NCBI GenBank assembly: GCA_963707025.1
Contig: CAVPOM010000005.1
Span: 224,001-288,000 of the forward strand
DNA: 64,000 nucleotides
Source of the DNA: an uncultured Verrucomicrobiae bacterium
GTDB taxonomy: Bacteria > Verrucomicrobiota > Verrucomicrobiia > Limisphaerales > Palsa-1400
Reading direction: 5' to 3'
Below the pieces are notes generated by a model that saw only the letters and a program-made list of their open reading frames with translations, did not search any database and was not told where the DNA came from. The translations under genes were made by a program, and so were the position numbers. Positions 1-10,521 of the stretch are shown here, piece after piece; position 1 is the first letter of the stretch, and every line of letters starts with the position of its first letter.

Positions 1-156
1 AAGTAATCATGTTGCTGGTGAGAATTGCGCTGCGGGGTCCGCGCTACGAGAATGGAAAGACGTTGGATTTTATGTATGGACGACGGGCTCAAGAATGCAG
101 GAAACCAGCGCGGACGGGCAAGACGGCCTAACAAGTCGCCGAAGCCAGCCGCCGTG

Positions 157-234
157 CCGGGGGATTTTGAGATCAAGGTGGGGAAATCGTCGGCGGAAAT
201 ATCTCTCCAGGGAATATTGAAGGTGACGCCGTGA
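157..234 (+). pseudogene. Orphan C-terminal fragment resembling the Fn3-like domain of GH3 beta-glucosidases
   Basis: Translates to PGDFEIKVGKSSAEISLQGILKVTP*, matching the typical GH3 terminal PG.F...VG.SS.DI.L motif. No upstream GH3 body is present. Confidence 0.4.
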
Positions 235-366
235 CGGAGCGACATTAGGCTTGACAGTGCGGCGGGGCGGATGGGGTGGGTCCGGGCCTTGGCGGGATGC
301 GCCCGCGCCCGGCCTCTTGGAGAGGCCTGGTTGTCGAACCGGGACTTTGGCCCGGAGCCGGTGTCC

Positions 367-996
367 TCACCGCTTCGGAGCAGTCGCATCCAAATGCCCA
401 ACATCCTGCGCGGCCGAATCCAGAATCTGGGCCAGCGCCTGATTCCAGCCTGCCATGAGGGCCGCCGCCGTGCGCACTGGCAGCGGAATGACGCGCGAGT
501 ATTCCCGTTGCAAAAGCAACTTTCCTGGAACGCCATTGGGAGCGTCCAAGAAGACAAAGCGCATGGCCAGGACGGCGGCGCCCTTTTCGGTTTGACGGAA
601 ATCGCCATAAAGCTGGCCGACCTGGATCTCAACCAGCGTGTTGGGTTGGAGCGCGCTGCCAGTTTCCACCACCTCGCTGAACGCTCCGGATTCGCGGAGC
701 CAATTACTAATGGGAGCGGCAAGTCCATCAGCCGGACGAACCATAAATTCCGCGTAGGGATCACGGTCGTAGGAGAACTCGCCCGATCGGTAAACAAATG
801 CCCGGCCGTCGAACGGTGCGGCGACTTGCAGCGTCCGGATGCCGAGCACGCGACCGCCAGAGGCGATTGCGGGCGCCGGACGGGAGGGTGGATCGAAGAT
901 GAACGATTGTTTGTCCAGGTGCGGACGGGCCAGGCATCCAGTCAACAAACAAACGGCGGCGAAAAGAACGGGCCTCATTATGTGAGGGATGTGCAT
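367..996 (-). CDS. ABC-type transport auxiliary lipoprotein (PqiC-like)
   Basis: Lipobox LLTGC; last gene of the mlaE-mlaF-mlaD run. Confidence 0.8.
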   Translation of the reverse strand: MHIPHIMRPVLFAAVCLLTGCLARPHLDKQSFIFDPPSRPAPAIASGGRVLGIRTLQVAAPFDGRAFVYRSGEFSYDRDPYAEFMVRPADGLAAPISNWLRESGAFSEVVETGSALQPNTLVEIQVGQLYGDFRQTEKGAAVLAMRFVFLDAPNGVPGKLLLQREYSRVIPLPVRTAAALMAGWNQALAQILDSAAQDVGHLDATAPKR

Positions 997-1002
997 GGAT
1001 CG

Positions 1003-1971
1003 TTATGGGTGGGCGGGCTGAACCTCCCTGAGCCGGGGCGGCGGCTGCCCGAAAATAAAGCCCGAAGGATATTGTTTCAGTTCGTTGAGCACCTCGTCCA
1101 TGTTTTGGATGGCCTCGCGAGCCCGGGCCAGAGTTTGATTCAAGGAATCAAAATCAACACTGGCCAAGCCGGGTTCCAGTTTGCCGATCATCTCCTGTAA
1201 TTGTCCCACGAGCGCGTCGGCATCCCGCGTCAATTTCTCCAATTGCAGTTTTTTCAAGGTGCCATCCGTGTCGGCGATGAAGGATTGAAGTCTGGCATTG
1301 CTTTGGCGTATTTCCAACAGAAGCGCAGCGGCATTGGTGCTCAGTTTTTCAAGGTCCACCTGCTCGACCTTGTCCAAGACGCGACTGACGGATTTAAGGT
1401 CCGCTTCGGCCGTCTGATTGAGCGCGGCGATATCAAGATGTTCCAACTGATGCAGTGCCTTTTGCAGCGAAACCAGCAGATCGCCCAGCAAACCTGGCGC
1501 CGACGGGATATAGGTATGCCGGGGCGTCCACGGAATCTTGGCCGGAGGGTTTTCGGCCGGATCCAGGTATTCCAGCGAGACGATGCAGGTCCCGGTGACA
1601 CCCTGGGCTTTGAGGCGGGCGCGCAAGCCACGATCCACCGCGGCTTGGAGCTGCTGGTGCCACCCGTTGCCCAATGGTCCCGCGAAGACGTCATCCCGCA
1701 TCTCGAAGACCACCACCACCCAGCCCGGCTGGGTGTCCTGGTATTCATTCCAGGAAAAACCAATGTGGGCGACTTTGCCGACATGGACACCCCGGAATTC
1801 AACGGCCGAACCAACCGACAGGCCACTCACATCAGCGGGAACATAGGTTTCAAACAAGCTCTTCTTTTCGAACGTGCTCCAGGTGCCGAAGGCCAGCACG
1901 CCCGTGAGGAGCAGGCCAAGGCCGACCAGGGTGAAAAGTCCCAGTTTGAAATTGTTGGTTTTCGCGCCCAT
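1003..1971 (-). CDS. mlaD: MCE/MlaD family protein
   Basis: N-terminal TM helix; VSGLSVGSAVEFRGVHVGKV MCE motif; helical C-terminal region. Confidence 0.9.
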   Translation of the reverse strand: MGAKTNNFKLGLFTLVGLGLLLTGVLAFGTWSTFEKKSLFETYVPADVSGLSVGSAVEFRGVHVGKVAHIGFSWNEYQDTQPGWVVVVFEMRDDVFAGPLGNGWHQQLQAAVDRGLRARLKAQGVTGTCIVSLEYLDPAENPPAKIPWTPRHTYIPSAPGLLGDLLVSLQKALHQLEHLDIAALNQTAEADLKSVSRVLDKVEQVDLEKLSTNAAALLLEIRQSNARLQSFIADTDGTLKKLQLEKLTRDADALVGQLQEMIGKLEPGLASVDFDSLNQTLARAREAIQNMDEVLNELKQYPSGFIFGQPPPRLREVQPAHP

Positions 1972-1977
1972 GGCAAG

Positions 1978-2763
1978 CTAGGTGGGTTGGAGCGAATGGC
2001 TGGGATCTGCTTCCCGGTTGAAAAAGCGATGCACCCACGGATCCATGTTGTGATCACGCAGATCGGCGGGCTTTCCTTGCGCGATGATCCCCCTGGCCTG
2101 ACAGTCCACCATAATCACACGGTCCGCCACGGCGTAAATGCTGGCCAACTCGTGTGAGACAATCACGAAAGTGATGCCGAAATTGCGGGCCAAACCAGAG
2201 ACCAGGAGGTCTATCCCCGCCGAAGTGATCGGGTCCAGCCCGGCGGAGGGTTCGTCCAGGAACAGAATTCCCGGGTCCATCGCCATGGCGCGGGCGATGG
2301 CGGCCCGCTTTTGCATGCCGCCGCTCAATTCGGCCGGCATTTTGTTGGCCGCGCCGCCCAGCCCCACCATTTTCAGTTTTGCCAGGGCCACCAATTCCTT
2401 CAATGGCTTGGGCAATTCCGTAAACTCGTCGAGCGGCAGTTGCACGTTTTCGAGCACCGTCATCGAGCCGAAAAGAGCGCCGCTTTGGTACATGACGCCA
2501 AATTTGCGCAGGAGCCGCAGCCGCTCGTCGCCTTCCGCCGCAACCAAGTTGCCGCCTTCGATCCACACGTCGCCCGAAAGCGGCGGATAAAGCCCGATCA
2601 TCGTCTTCATCAGTGTGCTTTTGCCACAGCCCGATTCGCCCAGGATCACAAAAACTTCGCCGCGCCTGACCTGGAAGGTGACCTTCTCAAGGATGACCCT
2701 CTCCCCGTAACCGATGCTCAGGTCTTGGACGGAAATCACAACGTCATCCGGCTCATTCATCAT
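1978..2763 (-). CDS. mlaF: ABC transporter ATP-binding protein, MlaF family
   Basis: Walker A GESGCGKST, LSGGMQKRAAIARA, DEPSAGLDP; start ATG overlaps the mlaE stop (ATGA). Confidence 0.92.
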   Translation of the reverse strand: MMNEPDDVVISVQDLSIGYGERVILEKVTFQVRRGEVFVILGESGCGKSTLMKTMIGLYPPLSGDVWIEGGNLVAAEGDERLRLLRKFGVMYQSGALFGSMTVLENVQLPLDEFTELPKPLKELVALAKLKMVGLGGAANKMPAELSGGMQKRAAIARAMAMDPGILFLDEPSAGLDPITSAGIDLLVSGLARNFGITFVIVSHELASIYAVADRVIMVDCQARGIIAQGKPADLRDHNMDPWVHRFFNREADPSHSLQPT

Positions 2764-3899
2764 TTTAGGAAGTAAGAAATGGTGGAAAAACAGGCGTCGG
2801 CCACGATGATGAGCAGGAGGCTGGTCACGACCGCCCGGGTGGTGGACAGGCCAACGGCGCTGGGTCCTTGCTGTGTTTGCAGCCCGCGCCAGCATCCCAC
2901 CCCGGCAACAATGATCCCGAAAACCACGCTTTTCTCGATTCCCACCGCCAGGTCATGCAGATGAACACTCGAGGCCATTTGGTGGAGGATCAGCATCAGA
3001 GAAAACCCCAGCCCCAGCATCACCAAAACTCCACCCGCCACACCCATCAGAATCGAGTAACAGGTCAGCAGGGGCGCCACCAGAACTCCCGCGACGACGC
3101 GGGGCACGACGAGAAAGCGGATGGGGTCCAGGCCCAAGGTTTCCAGCGCGTTGAGTTCCTCGTTGATCTTCATGGTGCCGATCTCGGCCGCAAAAGCCGA
3201 AGCCGACCGGCCGGCGAGCAGGATGGCCGTCATGAGCGGCCCCATCTCCCGCACCATGACCACGGTGATGGTGTTGGCCACATAAATCTGCGCGCCAAAT
3301 TCGGCCAGGCGCTGGGCCGATTCGAAGGCGATGATGAACCCGAGCAACAAGCTGATGAGAGAAACGATGGGAACCGCATTGGCGCCTGCCAGTTCGAACA
3401 CATGGCGAACCTCCGGCCATCGCATGCGCTTTGGATGGATGAGGGAGATGGGCAGATTGGCGGCCACACCTCCCAAAAAGCTCACTTGGCTGCTCAAATC
3501 TCCCATCAATTGGCTGGCCGCAAGGCCCGTTTCTTCGACCAGAGGATGGCTGTTCTCCTGTTGCTGTGGGTAAAACGTGTCGTAGTCCTGAGGGGTGAAG
3601 CCTTCGAAGATTCTCTGAAATCCCGCCGCCAACCCGGCCACGGAGACCTTTGCCCCAGGCGTCATTTTACCCATGTGCAAATACCGGAGCAAAGCAAAGC
3701 CGGCGCCCCCGCAGAAATCAACCCCGCTGACGTCCACTTCGAGGGCCTGGACGCGCGCCCCACGCAGGCTCCGTTCCAGGCGGTACCAGCAATCCGCCAC
3801 GGTCCGGGCACTCAGCCGCCCCCGCAGAACCACACGGGCAAGACCGTCCGGGCCGAGTTTGACCTCAGCTTCATATTCTGTTTGCGGGGCGGCCGGCAT
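2760..3899 (-). CDS. mlaE: MlaE family permease with N-terminal STAS domain
   Basis: REMGPLMTAILLAGRSASAFAAEIGTMKINEE motif; STAS-like N-terminus. Confidence 0.92.
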   Translation of the reverse strand: MPAAPQTEYEAEVKLGPDGLARVVLRGRLSARTVADCWYRLERSLRGARVQALEVDVSGVDFCGGAGFALLRYLHMGKMTPGAKVSVAGLAAGFQRIFEGFTPQDYDTFYPQQQENSHPLVEETGLAASQLMGDLSSQVSFLGGVAANLPISLIHPKRMRWPEVRHVFELAGANAVPIVSLISLLLGFIIAFESAQRLAEFGAQIYVANTITVVMVREMGPLMTAILLAGRSASAFAAEIGTMKINEELNALETLGLDPIRFLVVPRVVAGVLVAPLLTCYSILMGVAGGVLVMLGLGFSLMLILHQMASSVHLHDLAVGIEKSVVFGIIVAGVGCWRGLQTQQGPSAVGLSTTRAVVTSLLLIIVADACFSTISYFLK

Positions 3900-3903
3900 G
3901 GTT

Positions 3904-5302
3904 TCAATTGGAGGGTTTGCGATGGAGAGGAAGCCGGACTTTGAAGCGTGTTTCGCCGGGCTTGGACTCGAATTCGATTTCGCCGCCATGCCGCTCGGCA
4001 ACGATGCGATTGCTGATGATCAGGCCCAGACCGGTGCCGGAGCCGACGGGTTTGGTGGTGTAGAACGGCTCGAAGAGGTGCGCCTGCACGTCCGGCGGGA
4101 TGCCGGGGCCGTCGTCCACAATTTCCACGACCAGTTGATTGTCTTCCTGGCATGTGCCAACGCAAATTTGGCCGGCGCCTTTGACCGCGTCGATGGCATT
4201 GTCCACCAGATTTGTCCAAACCTGATTGAGTTCGCCGCCGTAAGCCATGAGGCGCGGGATGGAGCGATCAAACGCCCGCTTGAGCGTCACATTCTTCAAT
4301 TTGTGGCCCAGCATCGCCAGTGTGCTCTCGAGGCCGTCGTGGATGTCCACTTCCTGCATGGGGGATTGATCCATGTGAGAATAGGACTTGACGGCTTTGA
4401 CCAATTCGGCGATGCGGCCCGTGCTCTGTTCGATCTGGCTCAGCAGCAGTTTCAGATTCAGGCGCGATTCCAGCCAGGCCAGGGCATCCGCATGGCTTTC
4501 GGCCGGCAGTTTGCCCGCCAATTCTGCCAGCCATGAGATGTCCACGCCGGCACTGACAAAGGTCGGGGCCAGCTCCCAGGGCGTCGCGACAGCGCGATTT
4601 TGGAGCCAATTGGCGATCTTATCCGCGCGATCACTGCGCTCAAGGTGGTCGAGCGCAGGGGCGCCTGGGAGTCGTTCCGCCGCATCTTGCGCGGCGAAGG
4701 CAAGATCGCGCCATTGGTCATGCCGGAGGATTTTGGAAAGATGACAGAGAAGGGTTTGCGCTTTATCGGTGACCTCCCGCAAATGCGCGGCCGCCCGGCG
4801 GGCCGCCGAGGCCGGATTATTCAGTTCGTGCGCCAGACCCGCCGCCATCGTGCCGAGGGCGGCGAGTTTTTCGCGCTGCTGGGAGTAGCCTTCCAGGTTG
4901 CGCATTTTGTTGGCCGCGGATTGAAAAATCTGCCGGGCCACCGAAGGGCAGGTGCTCAGCATCCGCCAGAAATCGTCCTGGTGGAGGCGGAACAACCTGG
5001 CAGGCTTCCCCACCCGGGCCGTGGCGAGCCAGGGAATGTCCAGCAGCAGGGTGATTTCGCCCGTGTAATGGCCCGGCTTCATGACGCCCATCAGGATTGA
5101 CTGGCGATCATAAGTCCGCGTCAGACGCAATTCGCCCTGGAGAATGACAAAGAAAAACGGGGACCGTTCTCCTTCGGAAACAAGAACGGTTTCGGAGGGC
5201 GCGTCAATCACTTCGCCCGGTTGGAGGCATTCCAGTTGCGCGTCCGTCAAGGTCGGCAAAGAGCGGAGCGGAACGGACTTGTTGGAGAGTCGCCTGGTTC
5301 AT
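3904..5302 (-). CDS. cNMP-binding-domain sensor histidine kinase (apparent +1 frameshift near 5250)
   Basis: H-box LAHELNNP, N-box NLVDNAIDA, DDGPGI, GTGLGL. ATG at 5302 reads MNQATLQQVRSAPLFADL, which joins TDAQLECL after removing one base. Confidence 0.85.
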
Positions 5303-6967
5303 GGCTGTAAGAGGTCCAGGTATTCATGCACCAGTTTTACGGCCATGGCGCCTTCGCCCACGCCCGAGGTGACACCCTTGGCGGAGCGATGGCGGACATC
5401 GCCAGCCACGAAAATGCCCGGCACACTGGTCTCAAGATAAAACGGATCGCGGTCCGCCGGCCATCCGGCCGGGCGCCGTCCTTCCCGCATCAGGTGCTGG
5501 CCGGAAATCAGGTAGCCTTGCGCATCCCGCTCGACCAACCCGTTGAGCCAATCGGTGCGGGGAATGGCGCCCGCGTAAATCAGCAAGGCGCTGGCGGGCA
5601 CGGTTTCTTGCAAACACGTTTTGCTGTCGAGGATGGTGATGTTTTCGCACCGGTCCGCGCCCTGCACCGCGATGACGCTGGAATTGAATCTCACGGCGAT
5701 GTTTTTCGTGGCGGCGATTTGGTTTTCCAAGTATTGCGACATGGTCGCCGACAGGCAACCGGCGCGCACCAGCATGGTGACCTGGCGGGCGAATTTGGAA
5801 AAATACATGGCGCCCTGCCCCGCTGAGTTGGCGCCGCCCACGATGTAAACATCGCCGCCGCGATACGAAAAAGCCTCGGACATGGGCGCATAGTAATAGA
5901 CGCCCGCGCCGTTGAGCTTGTCCAGCCCCGGCACATCCAATTTCCGGAAGGCAATGCCGGTGGCGATCAGGAGCGCCCGGCAGCCAACTTCCGCGCCATC
6001 CTCCAGTGTCAGAACACGCGCCGGTCCTTCGACCCGCACTTTTTTGACCTCCTGCGGCGCGAGAATCTCCACGCCAAAACGGCGCGCCTGCGCGACCGCG
6101 CGCCGCGCCAGATCGAAACCGCTCAGACCCACGGGAAAGCCGAGATAGTTTTCAATGCGAGAACTCCGCCCCGCCTGGCCGCCGGGCGCCTCGCGTTCGA
6201 CCAGCAGGGTGTGCAGGCCATCCGCGGCGCCATAAACCGCGGCGGCCAGACCTGCCGGACCCGCGCCCACCACGACTAAATCATAAAAAGGAAACTCCGC
6301 TTTGGTTTTCAATCCCAGCTTGCGGGCGATCTCCGCGATGGGCGGGTTGCTCAGGAAGGATCCATCGGCAAACACCACGATCGGCAAGGCCGCCGCGCCG
6401 GCCCCCGTGGATTGGAGAAGTTGTTTGGCCGCCGTCGTCCTCCTCGACGTTGAGCCATTGGTGGGGCACAAAATTGCGCCCGAGAAAATCGCGGATCTCA
6501 TTGGCATGGGCAGACCACCGATGACCGATCACCCGCACCCCTTCGAAAGCGGGATGATAGGTAGCCTGCCAATCATCGAGCAAATCATCCACCACGCCAT
6601 AGAGCCGTTCCTCCGGCGGGTCCCACGGTTTCATCAGGTAATGGTCAATTTGCACGCTGTTGATGGCGCGAATGGCCGCATCCGTGTCCGCGTACGCCGT
6701 CAACAAGGCGCGCTTGGCCTCCGGATAAAGCACGATGGCCTTTTCCAGGAATTCCACGCCCGACATGCGCGGCATCCTTTGGTCCACCAGAAAAAGGGCC
6801 ACCGCCTCATTGCGCAGCTTCAATTGGTTGACGGCTTCGAGGGCGGAAGCGCCGGAATCGGCGGAGATGACCTTGTAGCGGTCGCCATATTGGCGGCGCA
6901 GATCCCGCTCCACGGCCCGCAACACGTCCGGATCGTCGTCCACTGTCCAGATTACAGGTTTGGGCAT
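5299..6967 (-). CDS. Response-regulator receiver fused to a thioredoxin-reductase-like FAD/NAD(P) oxidoreductase (frameshift near 6435)
   Basis: ORF 6281-7021 gives the receiver (VDDD, DQRMP, KPW). ORF 5299-6507 gives GAGPAG, GGANSAGQ and GIFVAGD. One extra base joins them. Confidence 0.85.
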
Positions 6968-6981
6968 ATCGTCGTTTACTT

Positions 6982-7617
6982 TTATTCCGTTGGTTTGGGC
7001 AAGACCGGTTCGGCAAACCAAGTGTCACTGGGAACCTGCGCCAGACCTGGATAGACGGTGTAACCCGCCAAATGCGCCAGATTGACAATCCCGATGCCTC
7101 CCCGGCGCAGGCGCATGTGAAATCCGCCGCCGGACAAAAGAAATTGCATGAACGATTGGCTTTCCGCCGGCAGTTTGACCGGGAATTCCGCCATCAGAAA
7201 GAGGGGCCTGCCCCCAGTCAAGTGCAATTTGTAAAAGGACACCAAGAGGTCGCCGACCGGGGTGGGGTGGTTCCGCTTGGCCATGAGTGCCGGCTGGTCC
7301 AGATGCGCGAGCTTCCTGAAATCACTCTCCGAAAGCTCGACGACATCGGCATAACCGCCCCGGAATTCCCAGCACTTGTAGGCGTCCTGAATGAAATCAA
7401 GGCGCAGAATCTGGGAGGAGACAAAAACCGACTTGGAATATTCACCGGCGAGAATCAGGCGGGGCTGAGAGAATAACCGCGAAGGCTCGATGTTTTCCCA
7501 GATCCGCCGGGCCTCAGTTTCGTCGGTGGTGGCAAAGGACTCCATCGAACCATCCGTGAGGTGTGCTCGAATGACGAACTCCGGCTTTTTTGGCTCCAGG
7601 CGGGCTTTTGTTTTCAT
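6982..7617 (-). CDS. Hypothetical protein
   Basis: 211-aa ORF tightly packed in a co-oriented run. Confidence 0.7.
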   Translation of the reverse strand: MKTKARLEPKKPEFVIRAHLTDGSMESFATTDETEARRIWENIEPSRLFSQPRLILAGEYSKSVFVSSQILRLDFIQDAYKCWEFRGGYADVVELSESDFRKLAHLDQPALMAKRNHPTPVGDLLVSFYKLHLTGGRPLFLMAEFPVKLPAESQSFMQFLLSGGGFHMRLRRGGIGIVNLAHLAGYTVYPGLAQVPSDTWFAEPVLPKPTE

Positions 7618-7666
7618 GTGGTGGATTTCCTTTTATTTATTTGACAATTCATGCTGTCGGCAAAAA

Positions 7667-8614
7667 TCAAGTCGCCCCGACGGAAGGCAACTCCATGGGG
7701 TAATCGCGTTCCCGCCAGGCCTCGTATCCTCCCAATAAAGGCCGGACCCGCGAGAAACCTTTGCGCTGAAGCTGCAACGCGACTCGCGCGGCGCTCACCT
7801 CGTTGGGGCAGGAACAATAGAGAATGATGTCGTGGTCACGAGGCACCTTGTCCAGATGGCCGTCCACTTCATCCATGCCCACATGAAGGGCGCCGCGGAT
7901 TATCGCAGGGTCTTCTGCCAACGCGGCGCGAGAGCGCAAATCCAGAATCATGAGATTCTCGCCCGCCTCCAGTTTCTGATGCAGTTCATCCACCGTAATC
8001 CGCGCCATCCGCAGCTTGCGCAACAAGAGTTGTCTCTGGAAAAACTTGTAGCCGATGTAAAGGGCAGCCAACCCGGCCATCAGCCCAAGCGCACCGCTGC
8101 CAAGGCTGCCGACCGCAGCCATGACCCGTTCCAACTGACGGCTGAACAGGATTCCCACAAGGAGGAAGCTCCCGGCATAAAGCAACGACCCCGCTCCATC
8201 GAAAAGAAGGAAGCGCGCGGTGCTCACGCCAGAACTGCCCGCCAGCGGTGGCGCCAGCGTGCTCAAGCCGGGAACGAATTTCGCCGCCACGACTCCCTGT
8301 ATCCCGTAACGCGCAAACACATCCTGCGTCCGGCGGACACACGAGTCCGGCTCCAGGGAGATGCGGCAGAGGAGACCCAACACCCGGTGGCCGTAATGGC
8401 GCCCCAGAAAGAACCAAACCAAATCGGCCAGCAACGAGCCAAAAGCGGCGGCGCCGAGCGCCACACCCAAATTCATTTGGCCGGTGCCGACCAAAGCGCC
8501 TGCGGCGAACAACCAGGGTATGGAGGGCAGCGGCACGCCGATTTGTTCGACAAATACCGCCGCAAACAATACGACGGCGCCATGCCGGACTAGAAACTGC
8601 AGAGACTCATTCAT
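7667..8614 (-). CDS. DedA (VTT) family membrane protein with C-terminal rhodanese domain
   Basis: EQIGVPLPS DedA motif, multiple TM helices, YCSCPNE...LLGGYEAW. Confidence 0.9.
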   Translation of the reverse strand: MNESLQFLVRHGAVVLFAAVFVEQIGVPLPSIPWLFAAGALVGTGQMNLGVALGAAAFGSLLADLVWFFLGRHYGHRVLGLLCRISLEPDSCVRRTQDVFARYGIQGVVAAKFVPGLSTLAPPLAGSSGVSTARFLLFDGAGSLLYAGSFLLVGILFSRQLERVMAAVGSLGSGALGLMAGLAALYIGYKFFQRQLLLRKLRMARITVDELHQKLEAGENLMILDLRSRAALAEDPAIIRGALHVGMDEVDGHLDKVPRDHDIILYCSCPNEVSAARVALQLQRKGFSRVRPLLGGYEAWRERDYPMELPSVGAT

Positions 8615-8956
8615 GAATGCTGTTCATGGGTACTTACCGCTGCGCTGCAACACCCCAATTTTTCATAATGTCATCGCCTTGTCAAATACCCCCTGAGGTG
8701 GCCGCTTCAGGGCATGCCACAGCCCGGCTGCGCCGCAATTTGAAGCAGGGCAGCCATCGCGCCAAAAGGCGGCGCACCGAGGCTGTGACGCCGCTGCAAA
8801 AATTCGGGGCTGTTGCAGGCATGGGGTTGGCCAACTGCCTTTCAACGCGACATCAGCGCCCATTATGTTCCGCATAAGAGGCCTCGCACAAGAGGAATTC
8901 GTCCGGCCAAAACCGAAACCGGCTGGAATAAGGCGCGCGCAGCAATGGCGCCCGCC

Positions 8957-9975
8957 TCAGTTCCTTTGATTGACTGGCGCCAATTCCTCCGGGGTGACGG
9001 TCAAATGGATTTTCTCGGTATGGCGGATGATGGTGATCCGGGTTGGCCTGCCGATGGCGGCGGCGACCAACTGGCGATGCAATTCGTCTATCTGTGAAAC
9101 AGTTTGGTCGTTAAACCCCACGATGACGTCGCCTTCCTGCAGAGCAGCCCGTTGCGCAGGGCTCCCGGCTCAAGCCCCGCCACCAACACGCCGTGGTTGG
9201 CGGGCAATCTGTGGAAACGAACGACTCGCGGATGAATGGGCACGTTCTGCCCGGCCACGCCAATCCAACTGCGCCGGATGCGGCCTTCCTTGATCAACCA
9301 AGCCGCCACAAACTTGGCGGTGTTGCTGGCAATGGCGAAACAAATTCCCTGCGCCGGAAGAATAATGGCCGTGTTCACTCCGATGACTTCACCGCGTGAA
9401 TCGAGCAGCGGACCACCCGAGTTGCCGGGATTCAAGGCCGCATCGGTTTGAATGATGTTGTCAATGAGCCGTCCGGATTGGGAGCGCATCGAGCGGCCCA
9501 ACGCGCTCACCACGCCGGCGGTCACGGTCTGCTGAAAACCATACGGACTGCCGATGGCGATGGCAATCTGTCCCACGCGCACGGATTGCGAATCCCCCAG
9601 CTTGACATGGACCAGATCGGCGGCCTGAACCCGAATCACCGCCAGGTCCGCTTCCGGGTCGTCTCCCACCAGGGAGCCGTTCATGGAACGGCCATCCGCC
9701 AGCGCGACTTCGAGCTGGCCCGCGCCATGGACGACATGGCTGTTGGTCAGAATGTAGCCGTCGGGCGCGATGACAAAGCCTGAACCGCTGCCGCCGGAAT
9801 CCATGCCATTCGGCCGCTCAGGGCGGAGGCGCTGGGCGCGGATGTTCACCACGGTGGGCCGCACCTTGTCAACAACCCTCGACACGGTCCGGGAATAACT
9901 GTCGAGCAATTCGTCATCGGCCGAGGGCAGCGTGACGAGCTCATCCCCAGCCGCGGAACTTGTTTCGCCGTTCAT
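8957..9975 (-). CDS. HtrA/DegP-type S1C serine protease with PDZ domain (frameshift in a G run near 9165)
   Basis: TNSHVV, DLAVI, QTDAALNPGNSGGPL. Restoring one G gives PGSPAQRAALQEGDVIV (PDZ), ending at TGA 8957. Confidence 0.88.
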
Positions 9976-10249
9976 CGTGCGGACATAATCCGGCTTCCGC
10001 CGCCCTTGCAATGCGGTCGAAATTTTCATCTTAATCCCGGTTCAGTTTTCATTTTTACTGTTACTGGCATATAATAGCACAATCCGAAGAATTGTCACTT
10101 TACCGGCCGCTCGCAGCGGGTTCAGATTACTGGCCCGGCTCACCTTGGCACGGGCACCAATTGATCGGGCGCCTTTTGGGTGCGTTCCTCAAGACTGGCG
10201 GAATTGGGGGCGCCTGAAGCCAAACACCATCGAGGCTCACCTCTAAAAA

Positions 10250-10275
10250 TGGCGGGAGTAGCGGGGCTCGAACCC
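10250..10275 (-). repeat. Copy of tRNA-Asp 3' end (att-like site)
   Basis: tggcgggagtagcggggctcgaaccc matches 53555-53580 at 25/26. Confidence 0.85.
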
Positions 10276-10521
10276 AAGAAAGAGTCTTCGCTAATCATCG
10301 CAAAAACGCGCCAAACCCTTGTCATTCTTGGGGTTTCTTCACCATCCCTGTTTTTCTGTCAACACATTTTTGCGAAGAAAAGCGAAGAGTTTCCATCCCT
10401 AATTGTCCCTAAAACTCGCCAGAACGGCGAAAATTTTTGATGTCGGTGCTTTTTCAAACTCAGCCTCGTCGCCTCCACTTGGATAATTCCTCCATTGGAA
10501 ACGGATTGCAAACCTCGCGAC

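Noticed and set aside
271..2157. Plus-strand ORFs of 309 and 318 aa, and similar long antisense ORFs (11980, 16831, 21419, 22526, 25571, 36522, 43347)
   Set aside because: Shadows of well-supported genes on the opposite strand
5299..6507. Calling this trxB
   Set aside because: The redox CxxC is absent and the domain is fused to a receiver
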